Source: a virus. From it: DNA of 64,000 nucleotides. The stretch covers positions 4,261 to 68,260 of the IMG/VR virus record IMGVR_UViG_3300026118_000019. One strand, 5' to 3'. The translations under genes were made by a program, and so were the position numbers. Below are positions 49,301-56,636 of this stretch, in pieces. The notes beneath the pieces are model-generated. The model was not told the DNA's origin, made no database searches, and was given only the letters and a program-made list of their open reading frames with translations. The number at the start of each line of letters is the position of its first letter. Positions within the stretch are counted from its first letter, which is position 1.

Positions 49301-49710
49301 AACAAGGAGAACAACTCAACGTGCGGGTGGTAGTCGACGACGCTGCGGCGCAAGCGGCGTTGGGGTTGTTGGAGCTGGACCAGAACTTCGCGGCCACTGA
49401 CGGCATTCACGAACAATTTATCAATATCAACAACGGCACGATTGCGCAATGCACGCAGGCGGCGCTCGCGGAATTGTCGGCCTTCAAGACGGCGGTGGTG
49501 ACGGGTAGCTTGTGGTCGTTGGACCGGCAAATGCGGTCCGGCAAGATTCTCAGTATCAAGCTGCCGGTGCGGGGCATCGTCCTGGACGTCACGATTCAGC
49601 AGGTCACGCGCACGTTCTATACCGCCAGCACTTGGCAATTCCAAGTGCAGTTCGGCGCGTTGTGGCGGAACCTCATCCACGTGTTACGACGGTTGCAGCC
49701 GACGCAATAG
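46348..49710 (+). CDS. Tail tip/hub protein with two LamG domains
   Basis: Two WRLG...DG.WH...T.DG...YVDG...LDE.A.Y domains; C-terminal hub-like WYVD...VHYF. Confidence 0.75.
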   Translation: MPYVQSRNQRVAAGANALAYSSANIATHLLVAAVMLESDTATVTTLVDSQANTWVAVASIRHSAGQAFSVQMYYAKNCNAGANTVTMTPSAGASTLVIMEYSGYSTTAPLAQHNETYQTGGTTATSANAITTTDSELLVAVVVANRVITPGVGYTTRETTFFTDWVFVEDRVLGAASAYNATAGLGSPNPSSIICIATFKLPTGYTALTNRWRMAAMVQETPDAFWRLGDQTGLVATDDTLNGYDGTINGGVTLKVDGWPSDGDDAMTFNGTTGYIEVPDNAALSYISRFTIMASFKTTYNVFQVIVNKTVSTSGSGWSLGLNADGSIRTWIYNGNVPVVDTNSGAFTYRDGAWHQVIVTWDGTTTANGFNIYVDGGLVKQATAANLVPGQPAVPVRIGQYSDNTTAPFNGTLDEIALYSYTFTAAQVTRMYTARTATTSRQGLMQSKASVLRADAGRSFFFSFRPIVMLNGIDIMDNILKHTLSATDILSDQPDTVQCTVFVTSPSCRNGYADTVLADGCVGYWRLGELVGVTANDSCELQHPGTYVGGVQLAQVSPLSDNSTGVIFDGSTGYVTIPNTTVLNPVTAITVEVWVKYTLTGYMFFLSKTDSFGYNGYELYVNTGTGQLRWSTYSFVGSLGFDVATTASYNDGNWHHAVGTFDGVTPKIYVDGAFVAQTITKNDGPLVASTSALSLGARLTALLPFAGSLDEVAVYPTALTLTQIARHYALRLSTDALSGWMPQYGNTLILADGASNNRFFGGTIVKTRKQPIKTPGGVQANVFKYDVWATDWTWLLNRRTVSKTYEAGQSSTLVVLDLVASYTTGFTSHGVQPGGPVLDAPLTFRGAKVGTAIQSVATATAPNWNWYVDVDMDVHYFLTETSQRPVALAPGVYNYNTLDYTLDLTQVRTRMIVLGGGGRCSSPTAAGSSSIPVDETSWYSATGGELFSPSEGQVITYTGRSASSGPGNITGVPTSGVGSILDTCQQGEQLNVRVVVDDAAAQAALGLLELDQNFAATDGIHEQFININNGTIAQCTQAALAELSAFKTAVVTGSLWSLDRQMRSGKILSIKLPVRGIVLDVTIQQVTRTFYTASTWQFQVQFGALWRNLIHVLRRLQPTQ

Positions 49711-49719
49711 GAGAGAGCC

Positions 49720-49998
49720 ATGGGCACACTCGCACGATCACATTGGACCGACGACGATGGCAGCGGCACCACCGGGTCACTGATTGACGAAGCGGAGCTG
49801 CAAAAGATTTACGACAACGTGGACGCGGAAGTGAAGTCGGCGACCTACCCGTTGGTGCAGACCAAGACCGTGATTGACATGGTCATGGCTGCACAAGTGG
49901 GCGGGAGCGCAACAACCGGCATTGGCGGCGCGATTACGTCAGCCGGATTTAACAGCCCAGTGGTGATTTCCCGCTGGCGCGATGTAGTGAGGGTCTGA
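49720..49998 (+). CDS. Small tail-associated protein
   Basis: GGAG RBS; WTDDDGSGTTG. Confidence 0.55.
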   Translation: MGTLARSHWTDDDGSGTTGSLIDEAELQKIYDNVDAEVKSATYPLVQTKTVIDMVMAAQVGGSATTGIGGAITSAGFNSPVVISRWRDVVRV

Positions 49999-50409
49999 AT
50001 GGGTGCTCCAACAAGTCTGGTCAATCTCTTCGTGGCGGCTCCCGCGTCCAGTGGTGGAGGAATTACCACTATCTTCACGCACAGCACTAGCCTCAAGAAT
50101 CCGGATGGATCGTCTGGCTACGGTGGCGTTCTCGACCGATTCGTCATCAGTAACAACGATTCGGCCGCGCACACCATCAAGGTGTATCGCGTTCCGAGTA
50201 GTAGTTCCTTTAGCCAACAAAATCTGATTGAGTCGATTCAGTTGGCTGGGGCGTCCACGTCCACGTCGACGTTGGGGTCGACCATTACGACCTATATTTT
50301 TGAAGGGCCGCTGTATAGCAAGAGCAGCGACCTCTACCAGTTTCAAATGGTGGAAGCGGCGTCCAGTTCGGTGTGCTGGATTCAAGCCTATTACCACGAG
50401 ATGAGCTAA
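49999..50409 (+). CDS. Beta-rich tail-associated protein
   Basis: Directly follows upstream stop; Ser/Thr-rich. Confidence 0.55.
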   Translation: MGAPTSLVNLFVAAPASSGGGITTIFTHSTSLKNPDGSSGYGGVLDRFVISNNDSAAHTIKVYRVPSSSSFSQQNLIESIQLAGASTSTSTLGSTITTYIFEGPLYSKSSDLYQFQMVEAASSSVCWIQAYYHEMS

Positions 50410-51005
50410 TGAAATTCCCTCGGGTCTTTTCGGGGCGGCGCGTCAGCAACTTCATTAAATCGGTGCAGAATGGCACGATAACGATGCCGCAATCGGTCAC
50501 TTCGACGACCGTGACTATCGCTGCGGTGGACATGAATAATACGCTGCTGTTTCAAACGGGGCGACGTTATTCGGACAATGCCGGAGTGCCGTATTTTGCG
50601 GATGCCGGTCATTCTGAATTGTATCTGGTGCTAACAAACAGCGTGACGGTGACGCTCAAAACTGGCGGGGGGACGTTTGTCGGGGCCAACGCCTGGATTT
50701 ACGACTATTCCGTCATCGAGTTTTGGCCCGGCGTCTGGAGCAGTATTCAGCGGGGGGAGAGTGCCATTACAGGGAACGTCAATTCGGTGACGGTGACGCT
50801 TGACCATCCTGTCAATCCCAAGCGTGCCATCCTAATGTCGCTGGGAATGACGTCGGCACAGGTGTCTACGGAAGAAATCCGACGGACGATTATTGACGTG
50901 ACCCTAACGGACCAGAAGACGCTCACCGTTGCGCGCACAATGAACAACGACGGCAACGCGCCGACCTACGTCTCGACGATTAGTTGGCAGTTGGCGGACC
51001 CCTAA
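50409..51005 (+). CDS. Tail-associated protein with two SxQxG repeats
   Basis: IKSVQNG and WSSIQRG internal duplication; TAATG coupling. Confidence 0.6.
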   Translation: MKFPRVFSGRRVSNFIKSVQNGTITMPQSVTSTTVTIAAVDMNNTLLFQTGRRYSDNAGVPYFADAGHSELYLVLTNSVTVTLKTGGGTFVGANAWIYDYSVIEFWPGVWSSIQRGESAITGNVNSVTVTLDHPVNPKRAILMSLGMTSAQVSTEEIRRTIIDVTLTDQKTLTVARTMNNDGNAPTYVSTISWQLADP

Positions 51006-51018
51006 TGGAAGTCTGGGA

Positions 51019-51579
51019 GTGGATGTGACCGAAGACGAACTGGTCGACGCGACGTTCACCCGCGAAGGGTGGAGCTACGAAGAGCCACCGAAGATTGACC
51101 AACCCACAGGGCCGGGGGGCATCACGCTGCCGGTGCTCCAGGGCTATCGCCAGGGCAAGAGCGTGACCCTGGCCGACCTCAAGAAGCTGACGATTGTCGA
51201 AGCGCGGGCGGCGGTGAAATGGAAACTCGCGCAGATTTCCGTGCAGCACGGACTCGACCAGATTCTGTTCGCCCCGGTGCGCGTGCAAATGGTCGACTTC
51301 TGCTACAACAGTGGAGAGGGCCTGGCAATCCGGTGGCTCCAGCGTGTGCTGAACGTGCCCCGCACGAGCGTCATGGACGCGGCGACCGTCGAAGCGGTGA
51401 ACGACCCGGCGACCGGCCGGTTTCAAATCATGCTGAACCAAGCCTTGATTGCGGCGCGGCTCCAGATGATTGACCTGGCGACCGACGCGGCAAAGGCCGG
51501 GCGCAAAGGTATCGATGCGAAGTTCGAAGAAGGTTTGGAAAATCGCGCACTGACGTTCTCTCTACTTGTTGTGCCGTAA
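51019..51579 (+). CDS. Endolysin, GH108-like lysozyme
   Basis: REG...D.PT..GGIT; VDFCYNSG...AIRWLQ. Confidence 0.65.
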   Translation: MDVTEDELVDATFTREGWSYEEPPKIDQPTGPGGITLPVLQGYRQGKSVTLADLKKLTIVEARAAVKWKLAQISVQHGLDQILFAPVRVQMVDFCYNSGEGLAIRWLQRVLNVPRTSVMDAATVEAVNDPATGRFQIMLNQALIAARLQMIDLATDAAKAGRKGIDAKFEEGLENRALTFSLLVVP

Positions 51580-51591
51580 AGGAGATGACAC

Positions 51592-51795
51592 ATGGGTCTT
51601 ATGGATTGGTGGCAGCGACTGTTCTCGGCAACCGGCTATCGCACCTACACGGTGAAGCCCGGCGATACGCTCAGCAGCATTGCGACCAGCTACTACGGGT
51701 CGGCCACGGCCTACCCGAAAATCTTCGACGCGAATCGGGACCAGCTGAATGACCCGAACAAAATTCTGCCAGGCCAGGTGCTGAAAATTCCATGA
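51592..51795 (+). CDS. LysM-domain protein
   Basis: YTVKPGDTLSSIA..YYG...IFDAN...PNKI.PGQVLKIP. Confidence 0.9.
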   Translation: MGLMDWWQRLFSATGYRTYTVKPGDTLSSIATSYYGSATAYPKIFDANRDQLNDPNKILPGQVLKIP

Positions 51796-52144
51796 AGTGG
51801 GCAGCGCTCCTGGCGCTGACGACGGCGTGTTCGTTCGAATCGACGAGCACGCCGACTCCCCTTGGCCGGGCCATGTTTGGTTTACTCACGTGTAAGACCG
51901 TTGATAGCACCTTCAAATGCGAGGACGCGTCCATGGCGGCGGCGATGACGGTGGCCATTCCGATTGTCAAAGGCTCGGAAGTCTGGTTCTGGTCACGGCG
52001 GCGGCGCGACGTTGGGAAATCGACGCGGATTTGGGCGAAGGTCACCTTCGTCTCCGCTGACCGGCGCACGGCACGAGTGCGACTTCACCACCCGCGTTGT
52101 GTGCACATTCAAACTATCGACATGGAAAGGCTAGAGGCTGTGCA

Positions 52145-53392
52145 ATGAGTCTGATTCCCCGAGCCGACCTCATCCAGGCAGGCGAGTGGCTAGACCAGTT
52201 TTACAGAGCTGACGATGGGCTGCAACGACCGGACGGTTTGTGGATTGACGGGCACCCCGACTGGGAAGGCATCGGCGCGTGGCTGCTCGACGTCTACGTG
52301 ACGCTGCGCGCGAAAGGCGCATCGGACACTGAAGCGAAGCAGGCGATTCGCACTAGCATTCAGAACAGCGACGAATGGCGGACTAAGCACCCTTTTGAGC
52401 CCGGCCCGCTGGAACCACGCGGGCCGCTGCCGCCGTTCGACCGCGATACCGCCGACCCGGACACGGGCGCGTCACTCCCGGTGCACACGACGTTCAATGG
52501 GACCGCCCCGGCGCGCGAGGATGACGGCTACCACCGCGCGAACCTCTGGGCGGTGACAATTCCTGGCGCACCGTTCGTGGCCGGAGGCGCACGCGGTGAC
52601 GCGCAGAACCGGCTACTGACTTACCTGGTGGACCGCTATCCGCGCGACTGGCAGGACCGGTGGTTCGAAGCGTATGCGGCGCGTGGCTATCGGCACTTCT
52701 GGTTGTCGATTCCCGACTCGCGGGACGGCACGCGGTTGACGCTGTCGGACTACCTGGACCTCACGACGCGCGTGAAAGCCGCTGGCCTCATTCCCTGCCA
52801 CTTCCTACGCTCGAAGGACTACGACGGCCGCAACCCAGACCCGGAGCACGTGGCTCCGTGGGTCGACGCGCTGCTCAGTATCGATGGGATCACGATGGCC
52901 TCACACGCGTGGGAAGCCAGCTTGTGGTATGACCCAGCAGTGCTGCGCTCCACGATTGACCACGACGCGTTGCGATGGCCGTCGGTGCGGTGGGCGGTGC
53001 ACTTGCAACAGGGCTACGCCGACTTCGGCCCTGGTGGCGACGGGCACGGGCCGACGTTCTGGAAAGCCAATATCAAGGTCGGCGTGAAGACGCTGCTCTA
53101 CCAATACAAGACCGACCCGGCGTGGAGTGCAGGCATGATGCAGGCGCGCGGGAACGACGTCTCGGTGCGGCTACGTGCGGGTGGGCTCTGGGGCCTGCCG
53201 CAAACGGTCGACTGGATTGCGTTTGAAATCATCGCGCAGTGTCAGTTCAACAACCAGCTCGATGGTGACGGCCGATTTGCCAACGAAGATATCGGGGACC
53301 TCAAAGGTTACGAGTGTTTATGCACGCCCGGCCCGTTGGCTCCACGGGGCTTTGGCAACGGTGCAAGATATCCCAACGGGGACCCGATATAA
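52145..53392 (+). CDS. Hypothetical protein, possible glycoside-hydrolase-like C-terminus
   Basis: 415 aa, Trp-rich; helical N-domain ending SDEWR.KH. Confidence 0.5.
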   Translation: MSLIPRADLIQAGEWLDQFYRADDGLQRPDGLWIDGHPDWEGIGAWLLDVYVTLRAKGASDTEAKQAIRTSIQNSDEWRTKHPFEPGPLEPRGPLPPFDRDTADPDTGASLPVHTTFNGTAPAREDDGYHRANLWAVTIPGAPFVAGGARGDAQNRLLTYLVDRYPRDWQDRWFEAYAARGYRHFWLSIPDSRDGTRLTLSDYLDLTTRVKAAGLIPCHFLRSKDYDGRNPDPEHVAPWVDALLSIDGITMASHAWEASLWYDPAVLRSTIDHDALRWPSVRWAVHLQQGYADFGPGGDGHGPTFWKANIKVGVKTLLYQYKTDPAWSAGMMQARGNDVSVRLRAGGLWGLPQTVDWIAFEIIAQCQFNNQLDGDGRFANEDIGDLKGYECLCTPGPLAPRGFGNGARYPNGDPI

Positions 53393-53436
53393 GGCGTATA
53401 CTGAAGGCGGGTTCGAATCCTTCCAGGAGAGACACC

Positions 53437-53691
53437 GTGGTCATAACCGTTGCTCCTGATGGAGCTACCGCGATTCTGCGCGATGACTCGGTCGTCTCTC
53501 TCGGTCCCGCGTTTGCGTGGAGTCCCTCGGTGCAGGCCCGGACGCTCAGCTTAATCAACGGGCAAACGCTTCTCGTGCTCGACACAGCGGCTAACTATCG
53601 GGCGGTCAACCAAGCGCTCAATCCAGACGGGGCGTCGGTGCAGCCGGGTGAGATGATTACGCCCGAGGCCGGAGAAGCTAATGGCGAATGA
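53437..53691 (+). CDS. Hypothetical protein
   Basis: AGGAG RBS before GTG. Confidence 0.45.
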   Translation: MVITVAPDGATAILRDDSVVSLGPAFAWSPSVQARTLSLINGQTLLVLDTAANYRAVNQALNPDGASVQPGEMITPEAGEANGE

Positions 53692-54013
53692 CGCTTTCAC
53701 GCAGCAAGCCCTGGCGAATGACCCGCGTTTCCGCCTACGGATTCTCAATGCGTTGGTGACGGTGGCCTGGCAGGTGCTCAGCGAAGACGGCGGCACCGTG
53801 GGACATGCGCAGCGTGCGACCTACGCTCGACAAGTCCTGGGCATGCCGACGACCTTCGCCGCCCAGCTGGCGCTGTCGATTGTCATGCGCCCCAACGTCA
53901 ACAATTTCACGACCTCTTACGACTTCCACGAAGGGGCCGTCATTTCGTCCACCACCGACGCCGATATCCAGTCGCAGATTTCGACAGACTGGTCCCAGCT
54001 CGCAGGCGTCTGA
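53681..54013 (+). CDS. Hypothetical protein
   Basis: GGAG RBS; 110 aa. Confidence 0.6.
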   Translation: MANDAFTQQALANDPRFRLRILNALVTVAWQVLSEDGGTVGHAQRATYARQVLGMPTTFAAQLALSIVMRPNVNNFTTSYDFHEGAVISSTTDADIQSQISTDWSQLAGV

Positions 54014-54062
54014 CCCGACCCGCCTAACCACCACTCGCGCTTCACCCTAAAGGAGTGAACAC

Positions 54063-54449
54063 ATGCTGCATCGACTTCGGTCGTTGTGCGTGCTGGGCGT
54101 GTTGGTCGTGGGCCTTTCGGCTTGCGCCAATCACGCGCCCCCAACGTTGTCGCCTCAAGCGGCAGCGGCCTGGTATGGCACGCGCATCATTCAGAACCTC
54201 GACCTCCTCCGGGACGTGGTCCAGGATGCCAACAAACAGGTGCCACCGCTGGTCAGCGTCGAGACGGCCCGCAAGGTGACCCTCTACCACCAGTCGGCGA
54301 TCACTATCGTCCACGACGCCCCCAACGGCTGGAAAGCGGGCGTGCAATCGGGCCTCTCCGAGCTTCAGCACAACCTCCCGTCTAACGAATCGCGGCTGAT
54401 TGGGCCTTACGTCGCGTTGCTGCAAACCGTTCTCCAGGAGGTGCACTAA
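54063..54449 (+). CDS. Lipoprotein (possible spanin-like lysis accessory)
   Basis: Lipobox LSAC after hydrophobic signal; AAGGAG RBS. Confidence 0.6.
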   Translation: MLHRLRSLCVLGVLVVGLSACANHAPPTLSPQAAAAWYGTRIIQNLDLLRDVVQDANKQVPPLVSVETARKVTLYHQSAITIVHDAPNGWKAGVQSGLSELQHNLPSNESRLIGPYVALLQTVLQEVH

Positions 54450-54649
54450 TGAATCCAGCCATTCTCATGCTTGCGATTCAGGAGACACCGGCCCTGATTG
54501 CGGCGTTTCGAAAGTTGTTCGTGAAGGCGAACCCGACGTTGCCCGCGCCCACTGACGAAGAGGTGATTGCGGCGTTCCACTCGGCGTTCCTGTCGAGCCT
54601 GGCGAAGGACGCAGCCTGGCTGGCCGCGCACCCCGTCCCTTTGGGCTAA
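54449..54649 (+). CDS. Small amphipathic protein
   Basis: AGGAGG RBS; TAATG coupling. Confidence 0.55.
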   Translation: MNPAILMLAIQETPALIAAFRKLFVKANPTLPAPTDEEVIAAFHSAFLSSLAKDAAWLAAHPVPLG

Positions 54650-54708
54650 GTCCCAGCAGCGTCGACTACCTGGGCTATTTCTATCCGTCGTTTTGGCCGT
54701 AAGTGATT

Positions 54709-54754
54709 GAGCCCGGTCTGTTAGGTCGACTAACAGCCGGGCTCTTTGACTTTG
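54709..54754 (+). terminator. Hairpin terminator ending the late operon
   Basis: GAGCCCGG(T)CTGTTAG-gtcga-CTAACAG-CCGGGCTC followed by tttgacttt. Confidence 0.6.
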
Positions 54755-54774
54755 TCGGACCGCAGCGTTATGCT
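54746..54774 (+). promoter_or_regulatory. Sigma70-like promoter
   Basis: TTGACT-17-TATGCT. Confidence 0.5.
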
Positions 54775-54784
54775 ACGCCGTTCC

Positions 54785-54824
54785 AAAAAAAAAGCGCGTG
54801 ACCTCGGGCGAGGAAGTCACGCGC
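54785..54824 (-). terminator. Intrinsic terminator
   Basis: GCGCGTGAC...GTCACGCGC stem followed by T9 on the minus strand. Confidence 0.7.
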
Positions 54825-54881
54825 GGCTGAACAGGAGTTGGCGCGGCGGAACTTGGGGAACCCCGCAACCAATCCGGTGAC
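54785..54881 (-). ncRNA. Candidate ~95-nt antisense small RNA
   Basis: Lies between promoter 54887-54916(-) and terminator 54785-54824(-); no evident gene. Confidence 0.4.
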
Positions 54882-54886
54882 GGCGC

Positions 54887-54916
54887 AGTATAGCCTACCC
54901 CGGAAATCCTTTTCAA
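54887..54916 (-). promoter_or_regulatory. Sigma70-like promoter
   Basis: TTGAAA-18-TATACT. Confidence 0.5.
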
Positions 54917-55262
54917 GTCCCCCCCCTAACACCTCGCCCCAGGCGCGCGAGCGCGTCGAGGCGCTGAGCCGTCCAGCGCAGGAAATGTCGAGGTCGGCGG
55001 AAGCGTCACGCAGCTGGTGCGGCGCGGAGTGTGAGACGACAACCTCACGACACCGTGCTTGCCGACTTGGCCGCGTCGCTTTTGAGACTGCGTGAGGAGC
55101 CGACTCGCAGACGGATGTGTCGTGTTGGTGGCCGTGGCCACCGAACTGTGTTGCGTTCAAAGGAGACGACGCCAGCTTTATATTCCAGCATCGAGGGAAG
55201 GCTGACGAAGACCAATCCAACCTGACCTGTCCTACTTGATTTCCCCCGGCCGCTTATCAGCG

Positions 55263-55290
55263 ATTTTATGAGCGGGCAAAAAGTTGTCAA
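55263..55290 (-). promoter_or_regulatory. Sigma70-like promoter
   Basis: TTGACA-16-TAAAAT. Confidence 0.5.
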
Positions 55291-55362
55291 GTAGGAGCGC
55301 AACGGCGTCGTTGAAACGCGAGACGTGTCGGCTGGCCGACATTTTGGCGAGCGCCCGAAAAA

Positions 55363-55409
55363 AATTGATAATTGTCGGCGTTGCTTTTTTCGGCGGAGGG
55401 GTCTAGCAT
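55363..55409 (+). promoter_or_regulatory. Operator-like AATTGATAATT plus promoter
   Basis: Motif 55363-55373, then TTGCTT-17-TAGCAT (55381-55409). Confidence 0.45.
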
Positions 55410-55457
55410 ACGCGGCTGGTTGACACGTCGTTGACCCGAGCGAAGGAGGTGGTTCGT

Positions 55458-55793
55458 ATGAGTCTTCAAGATCGAGCCCAACGTCAGTTCAGTGGAAGCG
55501 GCCACTACATTCAAGGCGGGAGTGCGCAGAGCGCACAGCTCGACCCACAGAAGTCTCCGTCCCCGATTAGTCTGTCGCCGCGCGATCTATTCGCCATTGT
55601 CGATGGCGAGTTGGTAAACGTGCTGGGCACGACCGACATTCCGGGCATGTCCCCGGCCTATTGGTGCAGTGACAACAACACGGGCGCGAGCGCAGCGGTG
55701 TCAGCGCGCGAAGCGGCCGTCTTCACGACGGCGCAGCAGGCGTTGCAGTTCCTGGAGCAGCAGCGACGGCAGCCCGGTCAGTCGATTCGGTAG
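55458..55793 (+). CDS. Hypothetical protein
   Basis: AAGGAGGT RBS. Confidence 0.6.
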   Translation: MSLQDRAQRQFSGSGHYIQGGSAQSAQLDPQKSPSPISLSPRDLFAIVDGELVNVLGTTDIPGMSPAYWCSDNNTGASAAVSAREAAVFTTAQQALQFLEQQRRQPGQSIR

Positions 55794-55864
55794 TATGATG
55801 CGATGCGTGGCGTCTGCTCACGGGGTGACAGCCGTGAGCAGACGCGGCGGGAGGAGTTGACCTG

Positions 55865-56014
55865 ATGTTTGAACGGACCACGAGTAAGGTGCAAGAAGAC
55901 CACTGTTTCGAATGCGGCAAGCCGTGGATGGCGATTACGTTCACCAGCTACGGGGCCGCGATCCGGCGGTGCTATCACTGCTGGCTGAAGGTCTACAAGC
56001 GACGCACGGCCTAA
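55865..56014 (+). CDS. Small Zn-ribbon protein
   Basis: GGAGGAG RBS; CFEC...CYHC; below ORF-track cutoff. Confidence 0.45.
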   Translation: MFERTTSKVQEDHCFECGKPWMAITFTSYGAAIRRCYHCWLKVYKRRTA

Positions 56015-56171
56015 CGTCGGAGGCGCTCCGTGATCGCCGACGCCGGTGAAGCAAGGACCAGACGCTGAAGAGGCATGGCGCGATGTTGGCCGAAGCTGCT
56101 TTGGACTTACCTACCCTTCGTGACGGTCAACGTGACGGTTTGCGTCATCGGCGTCTCTTCTCCCATAATTT

Positions 56172-56636
56172 CTATGCAGCCCAGTCGACGACGCGTGGGT
56201 CTCGGGCCATGGCCCGTTCCAGGCCCCGCTGATACGAGTCGAGCGCCGTGCGCTTCGCCTCGTCCATGGCGGGCGTCCATTCCAGGGCCTGATACCTGGC
56301 CCATGCCCACGCAGCCTCTTCCTCGATAATCGTGAGCCGCATCCACTGCGCCTCGCTGGTGGCGCGGTCCTTCTCTTGATACAGGTGGCCGTTCGGCGCG
56401 ACGATATGCCCCATTTCGTGCAGTGTGATGGCATAGGTCGCGTCGTCGGTCACCGGTTCGGTGAAGATCGTTCGCAACTTCGGGAGCGACGTGCCTCGTG
56501 AATGTTTCGACGCCTGCCACAGTTCATCGTGGCCGAAGGCGAGGGCCAGCAAGCGGAGCTGCGCCCTGGTGGCGAGGTGAATCTTGAATCCCTTCGCCAG
56601 GTCGTTGACGTGGGCGATCTTGTCTTGGATCGTCAT
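56172..56636 (-). CDS. HExxH zinc metallopeptidase-like protein
   Basis: TLHEMGH...EEEAAWAWA; TAATG coupling to upstream gene. Confidence 0.65.
   Translation of the reverse strand: MTIQDKIAHVNDLAKGFKIHLATRAQLRLLALAFGHDELWQASKHSRGTSLPKLRTIFTEPVTDDATYAITLHEMGHIVAPNGHLYQEKDRATSEAQWMRLTIIEEEAAWAWARYQALEWTPAMDEAKRTALDSYQRGLERAMARDPRVVDWAA

Noticed and set aside
51792-52148. 118-aa ORF with lipoprotein-like start
   Set aside because: Coupled at both ends, but the two halves look unrelated and the real start is unclear, so no product was assigned
53400-53425. GGGTTCGAATCC resembling a tRNA T-arm or att core
   Set aside because: T-stem pairs poorly, no acceptor/D/anticodon arms can be built, upstream is coding, and no second copy was seen
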